A stretch of DNA of 64,000 nucleotides from the NCBI GenBank assembly GCA_023205875.1, contig CP060763.1, positions 558,001 through 622,000 of the forward strand. Direction: 5' to 3'. The notes under the pieces were generated by a model. The model was given only the letters and a program-made list of their open reading frames with translations. It was not told the DNA's origin and made no database searches. A program made the translations under genes and the position numbers. This stretch comes from Chloropicon primus (Eukaryota). Below are positions 10,746-21,500 of the stretch, piece after piece (positions within the stretch are counted from its first letter, which is position 1; every line of letters begins with the position of its first letter).

Positions 10746-12079
10746 TTACTTTAGGTTCATCCTGGAGGCTTTGGCTGGGTCCATGATGGAAAGGAGTTGG
10801 TCCGACTTGTCGTACATCCCCAGCAATCCTCCAGTGTGCAGGAAGAGCACGCGCTTGTTCTCCCACTCTGCTGGCTTGGAGGCCAGATCAAGCAAAAAGC
10901 GATGAAGAGCTTTGCCGGAATAAACAGGGTCCAAGACAATTCCAGTCCTCTCTGCAACCTCCTTGACGCAGGCCAGCTCTTCCTTCGTGCTTATCGCGTA
11001 ACCGGATCCTTTGGCCTGGATGGCCTCGAAGAGGTCCTCTGCTCCCGTGCCTTGGAGGGCGTCTCTGCTCCCGCCCATGTGGTCCAAAAGTTCCTGGCAG
11101 TACTCGTAGAAGTACTGAGGCGTGTCGCAGACGCCGTACGCATGAATTTTGGTCTGAAGGCCGGCCAGGTGACAGCCCAAGCCGATCCCAGCGGTCGTTC
11201 CACCGCTGCCGCAAGCCATCACGAGGTCCGTGAAATTCGTGGACATCTGCTCCATCTGCTCCGAGACCTCCTGCACGAAATTGAGGTATCCCCAAGAGCC
11301 CAGGGCGTTGGATCCCCCGACAGGGATGACGTAAGGCTTCCGGCCCTCTTCCTTGAGCCTCTGCTCCAGCTGCCTGCACAGCTCGACGCTCCCGATCCTC
11401 GTGTACTCCTCCTTGGTCACTTGGACGATGTTGGCGCCCACGAGGCGCTCCACGAGGAGGTTTCCTACCAGCCCAGGGTCTTTGTCCACCTCTGCCCTCG
11501 AGTTCCTCAGGATGAGATAAGTGTCGAGACCCACGTAACGCGCTGCGACGGCAGTTGCCCTGCAGTGATTGGACTGGGAGAGAGAGAGAGAGAGAGACGG
11601 AAGTTGGCAAGTCAGAGATCTTCACCCACGCGAGTTCATTTCACATTCCGAGAGAGATCCCCACCCCTCACCTGAATTCCTCCAATGGTGATGATAGTGT
11701 CACACCCCTTCGCCTTGGCCTCCGCGAGGAGGAACTCCAGCTTTCGAACTTTGTTCCCGCTCAGCTGCATGCCGGTAAGGTCGTCCCGCTTGATGTAGAC
11801 CTCGCACCCTTTTGGCAATCTCGGCAAGTTCCAGCGATGTATCGGCGTTGGGAACTGGCCCAACCTCACTCGACCGTTCGAGGGTTGCTTCAATGGCGAA
11901 CCTTCCAGCCATGCCGGAGCCGCGTACGGCACCTCAAGCTCGAACATCCCAATACGTGCTGCCGCTGTTGTCCGCGTCCTCGTTGACGTCGTCGATCGAT
12001 AAGGTCCCTGAATCCCTCCGCCTGTCCTTCCTCGCCCCTGGTGTCTTCTCGTGACCCGAGTCGAGAGGCGCAGCAGCAT
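10746..12079 (-). CDS. D-cysteine desulfhydrase (ACC deaminase family, PLP); intron 11671-11574
   Basis: KRDDLTGMQLSGNKVRKLEFL, GGIQ|SNHCRATA, GSGGTTAG, LDPVYSGKA, FLHTGG. The N-terminus resembles a transit peptide. Confidence 0.92.
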
Positions 12080-12220
12080 GGCTGACGAACGCCCGCTTTT
12101 TTGCTTTTGCTCAGGGGAACCAGGAGGAGGAGCAGAGAGAGGGAGAGAGAAGGGGGACGAGAGCGCGCGGAGGGGAGAGAGGGAGATGGAGGACCGGGAA
12201 GAAGGAAACGTCTTCTCTTG

Positions 12221-12234
12221 CTCTTTCGAAAGAG
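12221..12234. promoter_or_regulatory. Palindrome CTCTTTCGAAAGAG, candidate promoter element
   Basis: Identical copy at 18157-18170, 12-bp core at 24319-24330, one-mismatch copy at 62497-62510. All are intergenic and 5' of genes. Confidence 0.45.
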
Positions 12235-12506
12235 CCCTCGCTCGAAAGAAACGGCGGTCTGGTGAGGACCTGACGAGCACGAAACGAGAGAGAGAGGGGC
12301 AGAAAGAAAGAGATCGAGGAGAAAACCGAGGAGGGGAGGCGACGACGAGGGCGGGAGTTTGTGCCGGGGGGGGTTCGAGTGATCGACGAGCGGAATTTTC
12401 GTCCCTTGATCATTCGAAAGAGCCGTCGCGCGACAAGAAATGACTTAGTGGTGAGGATCTGAGGAGCACGAAGGAGAGAAAGTACAAAGTAACGCTCGAG
12501 GCGACT

Positions 12507-13244
12507 ATGCTCGAGGTGACTATGAGTGAGACGAGGGAGAGCGAGAGGCAGGGGAGGGAGGCCAAGCATGCGTTGGAGGTGTTGCCAGGTAGTGCATGGC
12601 GCATCGTCGGCAACCATGTGGCCGACTACGACCGCCTCGCTTTTGGATTGACTTGCAGGACGCTCCTCGAGGCGGTGACGACGGCGGCGAGCCCCGAGTG
12701 GAAGAAGAAGGCTCTTCCTCTGAGGACTGACCTGAAGAGAAGGCGGTTGTTCAAGCAGATGCCTTGCTTCAGCGTGGGTTGGTTCCAGTGGGTCTTTCGG
12801 TCGTTCGAGAGGAAGAAGGGGGCTACCGTACAGAGAGACAACGAATGCAGCAACTACCTGTACGACGGTGACCTGGTATATCTCGCTGCTTTCCAGGGCA
12901 GCAAGAAGGTGATGAAGTGGTTGGCGAGTCAAGGGATCCCTTTGGATATCTATCGCGAGGATTATGTAATAGTAGCAACTGTAGCAGCCGCTGGCGGAGG
13001 CCACATTGATGTGCTGGAATGGTTGAGGAGCGGGGGTTGCGAGTTTGATGATTGCACCTGTGCTGCTGCAGCTCGGGGAGGTCACCTTCACATTCTGCAG
13101 TGGTTGCGAAGCCACTGCGGGACACCTTGGGACAAGTGGACTTGTTCTTGGGCAGCTCAAGGAGGCCACCTTGAGGTTCTGCAGTGGGCTCGAAGGCAGG
13201 ATCCACCTTGCCCTTGGGACCCAAACATTTGCATAAGCGCATAA
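12507..13244 (+). CDS. F-box-like plus ankyrin-repeat protein (giant-virus-type repeats)
   Basis: LEVLPGSAWRIV..DRLAFGLTCR N-terminal domain; repeats AAxGGHLxxLxWxRxxxCPWD; intronless. Confidence 0.85.
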   Translation: MLEVTMSETRESERQGREAKHALEVLPGSAWRIVGNHVADYDRLAFGLTCRTLLEAVTTAASPEWKKKALPLRTDLKRRRLFKQMPCFSVGWFQWVFRSFERKKGATVQRDNECSNYLYDGDLVYLAAFQGSKKVMKWLASQGIPLDIYREDYVIVATVAAAGGGHIDVLEWLRSGGCEFDDCTCAAAARGGHLHILQWLRSHCGTPWDKWTCSWAAQGGHLEVLQWARRQDPPCPWDPNICISA

Positions 13245-13632
13245 GCGGGGCGAAGTCCTTTCACCACCAGCAAGTCATCGATTGGATCAAGGCCAATTCT
13301 TAACCAAGACAATGATGTGTTACCAACCTGTCATCGACCTTAGCTTTCCTTCCTGCCCTCCCTCCTCCTCTCATCTCTGTCTCTGTCTCTCTCTCTCTGA
13401 TTCCCGCATGCAAAGGGGGAAAGAAAAAAAAACGGTCTGGTGGCTGTGGGCTTCCAAGGGAAAGAGGATGATCTTGCACTACTACTGCTACTTATTAAAA
13501 AACTTCCCGGCCTTGATGCCTTGCTCCCCCCCTTAAAACTTATTGCTAAAAACTGGTTGTGGGTCGTCGGCCTCGTCGTCGTCGTTCGCTCGTTCGCTCG
13601 TTCGTCGTTGTTGTTGTACAAAAGGTCCGGAC

Positions 13633-15549
13633 CTACTTTAGGATCCTGCTGAGCAGGCCGGTGAAGGAGTTCTTGGGCGACGACGTCCCGTTCCCTTTCC
13701 CTACGACCTTGGCGGCCTCGGACTTGCTGACGTTCTCCATCGCGTCCTCGAGGCTCCTCTGAATCTCCTCGAAGGTGGGCCTCTTGTCCGGGTCCGACTC
13801 CCAGCACTGCTCCATGAGCCGCGCCATCTGGGAGCAGCAAGACTGCGGGATTTTGGGCCTCACCCCGTGCTTGGCCACCCCAATCGCCGCCTGGATCGGG
13901 CTGAGGAGCTCGTAGGGGCTCTTGCCGTCCGCCATGATCTCCCACAGCAAGACGCCGAACGAGTACACGTCGGCCTTGGAGTTGTAGGGCTTGTGCTCGA
14001 TGACCTCGGGGGCCATCCACCTGTAGGTCCCCGTCTCGGCCGTCATGACCTCGTCGTTCCGGGGCAGGAGCCTGGCCACTCCAAAGTCGCCGATCTTGAG
14101 GACGCCCGACTCCGACATGAGCACGTTCGCGGCCTTCAAGTCCCGGTGCACGATGCTCTTGGAGGCCAGGAACACCATGCCCTTGCAGATGTCCAGGGCC
14201 ATCTTGAGCTTCTCCTGCGTCGGGAGCTTGGGGTGCTTCTGCAGGAAGGACTTGAGGTTCCCGTTGCCCATGAACTCGTAAATGATGCAGACCCGCTCCC
14301 CCTTGGTGCAAGCCCCGATGAACTCCACGATGTTCTCGTGCTTGAGCTCCGAGATGATGCTGATCTCCTGGGCGAACTCCTTGATGTACTCGAACTCCTT
14401 GTTGAAGTCGCTCTTGATGTACTTGATGGCGACGACGTCCCCGTTGAAGGTTCCCTTGTGGATCGCCCCGAAGCCCCCCTGGCCCACCTTCTTGGACAGC
14501 AGGAGCTTGTCCGGGTCCACCTCCCAGTCGGCCACCGAGGTCTGCTGGACGTCCAGCTTGGCCTTCCAAAGGTTGAGGAAGGAGGAGCCCCTCCTCATGC
14601 CGCCGTGGCCCTTCTGGGCCGCGGAGGCGGCCGCCGCCGCCACCGCCTCAGGTCCCTCGTCGCTGCTGTCGCTCGCCCTCCTCTGCGCGCCGCCAGCCCC
14701 CCTGGCCGCGCTCGCCTTGCCGCCCGGGCCGCCCGAGGGGGCCGGCGCCCCCTTGCCCGCCGACGCGGCGTCCACCGGGAAGAGCCCCCTCGAGTCCAGG
14801 GAGAACCTCGCGTGGAACAGGTTGTCCAGGGCGGTCAGGTGCTGGGAGGTGACCCGGCCCTGGTCCTGCAGGACGAACCAGTACAGGTGGTACCCGTCCT
14901 GCGTGGTGAACCCGTGGGTCTCCGCCACCAACAGCCCGGTGGTGGCGATGGTCCCGTACACCGTCCCCAGCGAGGCCGGGGAGGACCCCATGGCGACGGT
15001 GAGCTCGTAGCAGTCCTGCATCGCGATGCCGTTGTTGCTGCTCGTCCTACTCTCCTTGGCCGCCGCGAGGCCCGTCAGGTCGTCCTGGGACCCCAGCGAG
15101 CTCAGGCTCGTGCCGTACCTCTGGGGGCTCTCCAGGTACGAGTCCTTCCCCGTGGGGGTCGCCGACACGATCCGGTGGGTAGTCCCTGGCGTCTCTATCG
15201 GGATGTAGGCCGACGGCTTCAGCTCCCCCCTCGCGGCCTCGCTGCTGCAAGTGACCTCGTTCCCGGGGTCCTTGGTCGGCAGGTTCGCCACGACCGCCCG
15301 AAGGCAGTGCGCGATCTGCCCCCCCCGGTTCCTCGAGTCCTCCAGCAGGCTGATGTGCATCAGGATCTCCGACAGGGCGTCCTTCACCGCGACCCCGTAC
15401 CGCTTCGGGAGGCTCCTGAAGTGGTCGCACACCAGGCGCTCGTTCTCGCTGGAGACCTCGATGCCGCTCTCCCGCAGCCTCTCCACGACCCTCGTGCCCA
15501 TCGAGGAGGAGGAGTAGTAGGAAATAATGGTGGAGGAAGTGGACTTCAT
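13633..15549 (-). CDS. Raf-like STY kinase with ACT-like domain (STY8/17/46 type)
   Basis: HFRSLPKRY N-terminal motif, ETHGFTTQDGY, HRDLKAAN, DFG, MTAETGTYRWMAPEVIEH. Confidence 0.9.
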   Translation of the reverse strand: MKSTSSTIISYYSSSSMGTRVVERLRESGIEVSSENERLVCDHFRSLPKRYGVAVKDALSEILMHISLLEDSRNRGGQIAHCLRAVVANLPTKDPGNEVTCSSEAARGELKPSAYIPIETPGTTHRIVSATPTGKDSYLESPQRYGTSLSSLGSQDDLTGLAAAKESRTSSNNGIAMQDCYELTVAMGSSPASLGTVYGTIATTGLLVAETHGFTTQDGYHLYWFVLQDQGRVTSQHLTALDNLFHARFSLDSRGLFPVDAASAGKGAPAPSGGPGGKASAARGAGGAQRRASDSSDEGPEAVAAAAASAAQKGHGGMRRGSSFLNLWKAKLDVQQTSVADWEVDPDKLLLSKKVGQGGFGAIHKGTFNGDVVAIKYIKSDFNKEFEYIKEFAQEISIISELKHENIVEFIGACTKGERVCIIYEFMGNGNLKSFLQKHPKLPTQEKLKMALDICKGMVFLASKSIVHRDLKAANVLMSESGVLKIGDFGVARLLPRNDEVMTAETGTYRWMAPEVIEHKPYNSKADVYSFGVLLWEIMADGKSPYELLSPIQAAIGVAKHGVRPKIPQSCCSQMARLMEQCWESDPDKRPTFEEIQRSLEDAMENVSKSEAAKVVGKGNGTSSPKNSFTGLLSRILK

Positions 15550-16218
15550 TTCTTGCTACTACTTCTGGTCTCCTCGCCCTCCCCCTCGAGCCTCCCCCCC
15601 GCTCGGTTCGAGCCCACCACAATCGTTGCCAACCAAGTCTTTTAAGTCTTTCACGTGAACGTTCACGTGAGAGAGTCCATGCGAGAGCACACAAACCGCG
15701 AACGAAGGCCAAGCCAAGAACCCCACCGTACAAAGACAAAACCCAGCCCACCGCACACACCTCGCCTCACGTCGCGTCGTCGTCGTCGTCTCTGTTTGTG
15801 GTCCCTTCACAGCCGTGGCCAACGAGGGCGCGCTGTGGATCGAATTCGATTTCGTAGATCCTCTGACTCTCTGATTCGCCCCGAGATATCACTGGAGTTT
15901 CTACTTGAGAGACCCCCTGGTCGCTTGGAGCGAGCAAAGGGTGTAAAACGTGTTGCGCTGAGGTGGCGATAGGGCGAGACATCCTTGGATCCGGGACAGA
16001 CATAACGGACGTAACGGACGTAACGGCAGAGCAGACAGACACATTAGGGGGTTGACTTCCTGGGCGTTTCTTCTTCGCGGGGCTTGACGACGTTGTTGGG
16101 GGTTGGGGTTTGGTGTGCGTTGCGCAATTGTTCGTCTCGTCTCGTCTCTTTCTCTGTGTGAGACCGCGGTTTTACAGATACACACCACCACCACCACCAC
16201 CTCTCCTCGGCGTCCGCG

Positions 16219-17346
16219 ATGTACGTCGCCCTCCGCCGCGGCTTGCTGGAGGGCTCGTCGACCAGGCTCCTGAAAACCACGACCTTGTTGTCGTCGTCGT
16301 CGTTCTCCTCCTCGTCGGCGTCGGGCATCGCTCGGGTCGCGGTTGTGGGCTCTGGGACGTTGGGCACCCAAGTCAGCCTGCAGACGGCGTTGTGCGGGTT
16401 CGAGGTGAGGGTGCTGGACACCTCCCCCGCCGCGCTGGACAAGTGCGCCGCGGTGCACAAGAGCCTGCTAAAGATGTACGTGGAGCGCTCGAACCCCGAG
16501 CACCCGGAGGGCCAGGCCAGGGCGTGGAGGGGGATCGCGAAGCCCGGGGAATCGGCCTCTCAAGTCGCTTCCGAGACCCTGAGGCGCATCAGGTACACGA
16601 CGAGCGCGGAGGAGGCCCTGAGAGGGTGCGACCTGGTCTCTGAGAACGTACCAGAGATCCCGGAGATCAAGTCCGCGACGTACCAGAAGCTCCACGAGCA
16701 CTGCCCTTCGCACACCATCTTCACGACCAACTCGTCCACGCTTCTGCCTAGCCAGTTCGCCTCCCTCACGGGAAGGAGCAGTCAGTTCCTGGCGCTCCAC
16801 TTTGCCAATGGCATTTGGGACGCGAACATCGCCGAGGTGATGCCTCACGCCGGAGGAGAAGCTCCTGCAAAGGGGGCAGAGGGCACGGACCCCGAAGTGG
16901 TCGACCGCGTCCTCCGCTTTGCCGAGGAGATCAGGATGGTTCCGTTCACCCTAACGAAGGAGCAGAGTGGCTATATCATCAATTCTCTTCTCGTACCTTG
17001 GTTGCACTCCAGCCTCAGCCTGGTGAGAAAGGGGGTGAGCTCCCCCAGGGACGTGGACAGGGCGTGGCTGATCTCCGTGGGCGGGTTCCGCGGCCCGCCC
17101 GGGGCGGTCAAGGGCCCGTTCCAGATCATGGACATCATCGGCCTGCCCATCGTGAGCCACATCATGAGCTACTGGGGGACGCAGCTGAAGGACGAGCAGA
17201 TGAGAGCCAACGGCGCCTTCGTCAAGGAGAACTACGTCGACAGAGGAAAGCTCGGCATCATGAACCTAAACCCTCTCAGCGACGAGGCGGAGGGGTTCTA
17301 CTCTTACCCGAACCCGGAGTTCTTGAGGGCCGACTTTCTCGACTAG
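16219..17346 (+). CDS. 3-hydroxyacyl-CoA/3-hydroxybutyryl-CoA dehydrogenase with mitochondrial-like presequence
   Basis: VAVVGSGTLG, ENVPEIPEIK, TNSSTL, LHFAN, GYIINSLL, GPFQIMDIIGL. Confidence 0.9.
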   Translation: MYVALRRGLLEGSSTRLLKTTTLLSSSSFSSSSASGIARVAVVGSGTLGTQVSLQTALCGFEVRVLDTSPAALDKCAAVHKSLLKMYVERSNPEHPEGQARAWRGIAKPGESASQVASETLRRIRYTTSAEEALRGCDLVSENVPEIPEIKSATYQKLHEHCPSHTIFTTNSSTLLPSQFASLTGRSSQFLALHFANGIWDANIAEVMPHAGGEAPAKGAEGTDPEVVDRVLRFAEEIRMVPFTLTKEQSGYIINSLLVPWLHSSLSLVRKGVSSPRDVDRAWLISVGGFRGPPGAVKGPFQIMDIIGLPIVSHIMSYWGTQLKDEQMRANGAFVKENYVDRGKLGIMNLNPLSDEAEGFYSYPNPEFLRADFLD

Positions 17347-17431
17347 AAAACCATAAAATTGGTGCTACTACTTGAATAATCAATCATTCATTCACCTTAC
17401 TACTACTTGCGACTTCTTCCTCCTCAGCTCC

Positions 17432-18130
17432 TCAGCTCTTGGTGCTGGTGAACATGTTTTGCATGACGATCCCAGCCGCGCCGATCGCGTCCACGCTGGG
17501 CCCGCCGGCCTCGACGTCCGGACCGTCCGCGTCGAACATGTCGTTCCTGTCCATGAGGCTGCCGTGGGCCACGACCGCGGCAGCTCCGAAGAGGAAGGCC
17601 GTGAAGGCCGCCGAGGCCGCGTTCGAGAAGAAGAAGATCAGGATGAAGCTCCCGACCCCAAGGAGGACCCTCTGCTCCGTGGGCGAGTACTCCTTCCCGA
17701 GCACCTTGAGGCTCCCCTCGGCGTTGGGCCGAAGCCAAACCACCCAGGACCAGAGCAAAGCGAGGAACACGCAGAGGGAAAAGCTGTAGAAGCTCCTGAG
17801 AAGCATGGTGACCGTCATCACCGCGGTCATCACCACGATGTAGTTCACCCTGAAGTGCTTCCAGTTGGCTCTCACGTGGCTCGTGGCCTGCCCCATAGTC
17901 TTCGGGACCCTCGCCTGCCTGACGTCGAAGAACTCCACCCAAGACCGCGCCGTCTTCACGAAACCTTTCGTGGAAGCGAACGTGTTGTAGGCGAACCGCT
18001 TCAGCTTCGCTACCGGAGTGTCGTCCCCTTCGCTCCCGCTCCCGCTGCTCGTTCCGCCGAGCGGGGCACTCATGAACTCAGGCGTCCTCAACGGCACCTC
18101 CTCCGCTTTCTGCGTCGCAGCCGTCGCCAT
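17432..18130 (-). CDS. PRA1 family (prenylated Rab acceptor) membrane protein
   Basis: RSWVEFFD, ANWKHFRVNY, two hydrophobic hairpins, VVAHGSL. Confidence 0.85.
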   Translation of the reverse strand: MATAATQKAEEVPLRTPEFMSAPLGGTSSGSGSEGDDTPVAKLKRFAYNTFASTKGFVKTARSWVEFFDVRQARVPKTMGQATSHVRANWKHFRVNYIVVMTAVMTVTMLLRSFYSFSLCVFLALLWSWVVWLRPNAEGSLKVLGKEYSPTEQRVLLGVGSFILIFFFSNAASAAFTAFLFGAAAVVAHGSLMDRNDMFDADGPDVEAGGPSVDAIGAAGIVMQNMFTSTKS

Positions 18131-18590
18131 CCTTCCTTCCTCCTCTCGACCGACCACTCTTTCGAAAGAGAAAGATCAATCCGAGACGCTTCCAATGACT
18201 GACCAAACACTCTCCCTCTCCCCTTCCCTCTTCGCCCTCCCGCTCGCCTCCACTCTCTCGTTCAGCGTCGTCAGCAGCAGCGCGCGCTCCTGTGCAACGA
18301 CGACAAAAGGGAGACCAGCCCAAGCGGCGTGTGTCGTCGGCCGTCGGGCGGCTTTAGGGTACGTCTTGCCGTGGAGAGGGTGAGACCAGGGAGACCATCT
18401 GAAGCGCCTTGTCGAGGTCTTTCTGTAGAGCGTCTGGTGGAAGGATTTGACACCCGGAGTGGTCGTGCAGCCTTCGAGGAAGGGATCCAAGGGGTGGCTG
18501 CCGAGTGCTCGAGGAGGGGATCGAGAGGGGCAGTGCTTGGCCTGAGGGAGGTTGAGGTTAGAGGAGGGGAGCGTGATTGGCGAGAGAGTC

Positions 18591-21500
18591 ATGGTGGTCG
18601 ATCTTGACGGCGTGGTGATCCACAAGCCTGATACGGACAAGAGAAGGTACAAGAAGGTGGTGCTGGCGAACGGCCTCGTCGTTCTGCTCATCAGCGATCC
18701 TGACATGGTGGATCAGGGGGACGGCGGGGAGGGAGGCAACGGGGCGGGTGCGATGGGGGACGATATGGCGTCTGGATCGGAGGATGACGACGACGACGAT
18801 GACTACGACGATGACGATGATGATGACGATGATGACTCCTCGGAGGACTCTTCGTCGACGAAGAAGGCAGCGGTTGCCATGTGCGTGCACACTGGAAGCT
18901 TCTCGGACTTCGAGGAGATCCCGGGAGTGAGCCACTTCCTGGAGCACATGCTTTTCATGGGTTCAAAGGACTTCCCCAACGAGAACGAGTACGACTCCTT
19001 CTTGAGCAAAAACGGGGGAGCGTCCAACGCTTACACGGACATGGAGTGCACGAATTACTACTTTGACGTACAGCCCAAGGGCCTCCGGGGCGGGCTTCAG
19101 AGGTTCGCCGGGTTTTTCGTCTCCCCGCTGTGCAAGTCGGACTCCGTGGACCGAGAAGTTCAGGCCGTGGAATCCGAGTTTGTTCAAGCCTTGCAGAACA
19201 ATGCGGCCCGCTTGTCCCAGCTGAGGTGCCACACCGCCGCCGAGGGGACCGTCCACAACAAGTTCACGTGGGGAAACTTCAAGTCCTTGATCGAGCTCCC
19301 CACCAGCAAGGGCCTGGTTCCCCGGGACTTGCTGCTCAAGTACTACAAGGCGGAATACTCCGCGGAGAGGATGTCCCTGGTCATTCTGGGCGGCGAGGAT
19401 TTGGGGACGCTCGAGACTTGGGCAGGGGACCTCTTCTCCCGGGTTCCATCGGGCTTGGGGCCGCCCGTGTCATTCTCTGGCCAGAAGAAGCCCTTCGAGG
19501 GGGGGCGTGTTTACAAGCTGCCCATGACGAAAGAGGGCCACGAGCTGCACGTTCTCTTCCAGCTGCCTTGCCTGCACAAGTTCTACGAGAGCAAGCCAGA
19601 TGACTACGTGAGCCACCTCATCGGCCACGAGGGAAGCAACTCCCTCCTGTCCGTCCTCAAGTCCAAAGGCCTGGTGACGCAGATCTCCGCGGGCGTAGCC
19701 CAGGACGGGGAAAGCAGGAGCACGGCAGGCTTCATGTTCAACGTGACTTTCGTTTTGACGGAAGCTGGCTTGAAGTTCGGCGATGACGGATTCGGGATCG
19801 TCGAGTACCTCTTCGCTTACATCAACTTGATTAAGGAGATTGGGCCCCAGAAGTGGATCTGGGATGAGATCGCTCAGGCGTCCAAGATCAAGTTCAAGTT
19901 CGCGGAGGAAGAGGAGGCCATGGACTACGTTCAAGAGCTGGCAGTGAACCTTAGGCTCTACAAGACGGAACATGTGTTGGAAGGGGATTACTTGCACGAC
20001 AGGTGGGACCCCGAGCTCGTGAAGGAGATCCTCGAGTACTTCAAGCCCTCAAACATGCGGGTGGAAGTGCAAAGCAGCTCTTTCAAGGACAGAAGCCTCC
20101 CCGAGGAGGAACCTTGGTTCAAGATTCCCTTCTCAGCACGAAGGCTGTCAGAAGAGGAGTGCGAGAGGCTGGCGGGATTCTCTGACGCGCCAGGAATCGA
20201 CCTGCCGCCAAAGAATGAGTACCTTCCCTCAGACTTCAGCGTCCGAGCTCAGGACTTCCTCCAGGAGGAGAGAGGGGGGTACGAGGAGGCGGGGAAGTTT
20301 GTCTGCCCGACACCAGAAGCTCTGATGGCCCCACCACTGCTTGTTTCGACCAGCGCGAATACTGAGGCATGGTACAAATTTGACAGGTTCTTCAAAACTC
20401 CCCGCATGGCTTCCCTGTTGTCCTTTCGTCTGGACGACATCAGCTCCTCGGCTGAGCAATCCGTTCTGCTCAAGTTGAGCACCAAGGTCCTCGAGGATAT
20501 GCTCGTGGAGACGACCTACTTGGCTGATGTTGCTGGCTTGACTACCTTCGTGTACAGTTGCCAGGATCGGCTGGAGATCAGGATAGAGGGGTTTTCCCAC
20601 AAGCTCCCTGTTCTGCTGGAGAAAATTCTTGACGGCATGGCGAACTTCACCCCCACCGCGGAGAGGTTCGAGGCCTGCAAGGAGACGTTGAAGAGGGCAT
20701 TGAAGAACTCGATCGCCAAGCCGGCAAGGCATGCGACGTATCTTAGGCTCATATCCCTCGTGATGGAGTCTTGGCCCCTGGAGTTCCAACTGGAGGCCCT
20801 CGACGAGCTCACGATTGCAAAGTGCAAGGGATTTATCTCCAGCCTCTTGGCAAAGGGGCAGAGGCAGGTGCTCATTCACGGGAACATCACCTTGAACGAG
20901 ACCCAGAAGGTCATCTTGGATACAAAGAAGCATTTCAGCGAGGATCCTCCAAGGGCAAAGTGCGCGAAGAAGCTGGCAGAGCTGAAGCCTGGGCAGAACT
21001 TTGTCCACGCCGCTTTGGTGCAGAACAAGAGCGAGAAGAACAATGCGTCCGAAGTCTATTTCCAGGTCGGGCCAGAGAACCACGTGGATTATGCCGCCTT
21101 GAGCTTGCTCGAGCAAATCATGTACGAGCCTTTCTTTGACACCCTGAGGACCAAGGAGCAGCTAGGCTACAGCGTCTCATGCAGCTTGAAGAACACCTAT
21201 GGCATGCTTGGCTTTTGCTTTTCGATCGTCTCGGCAAAGTTCTCCCCCCTCCACATCGAGGAGCGGGTGGAAGCCTTCATCAAGGACTTTTTCAAGGTCC
21301 TGTCGGACATGACGGACGCTGAGTTCAAGCAGCACATCCAGTCCGCAATAGAAGCAAAGCATCAGCAGGACCAGACCCTGATCGAGGAAGCGGAGAGGCA
21401 CTGGGAGCAAATTTCGATGGGAAGGTACGACTTCTTCCAGAGGCATCACCACGCGGTGGAGATCAACAAGTGGGGCAAGGAGGCTTTCTTGGCATGGTTC

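Noticed and set aside
9531..12280. Split ORFs for Bud32 and D-cysteine desulfhydrase as frameshifts or pseudogenes
   Set aside because: Fully explained by canonical phase-compatible introns.
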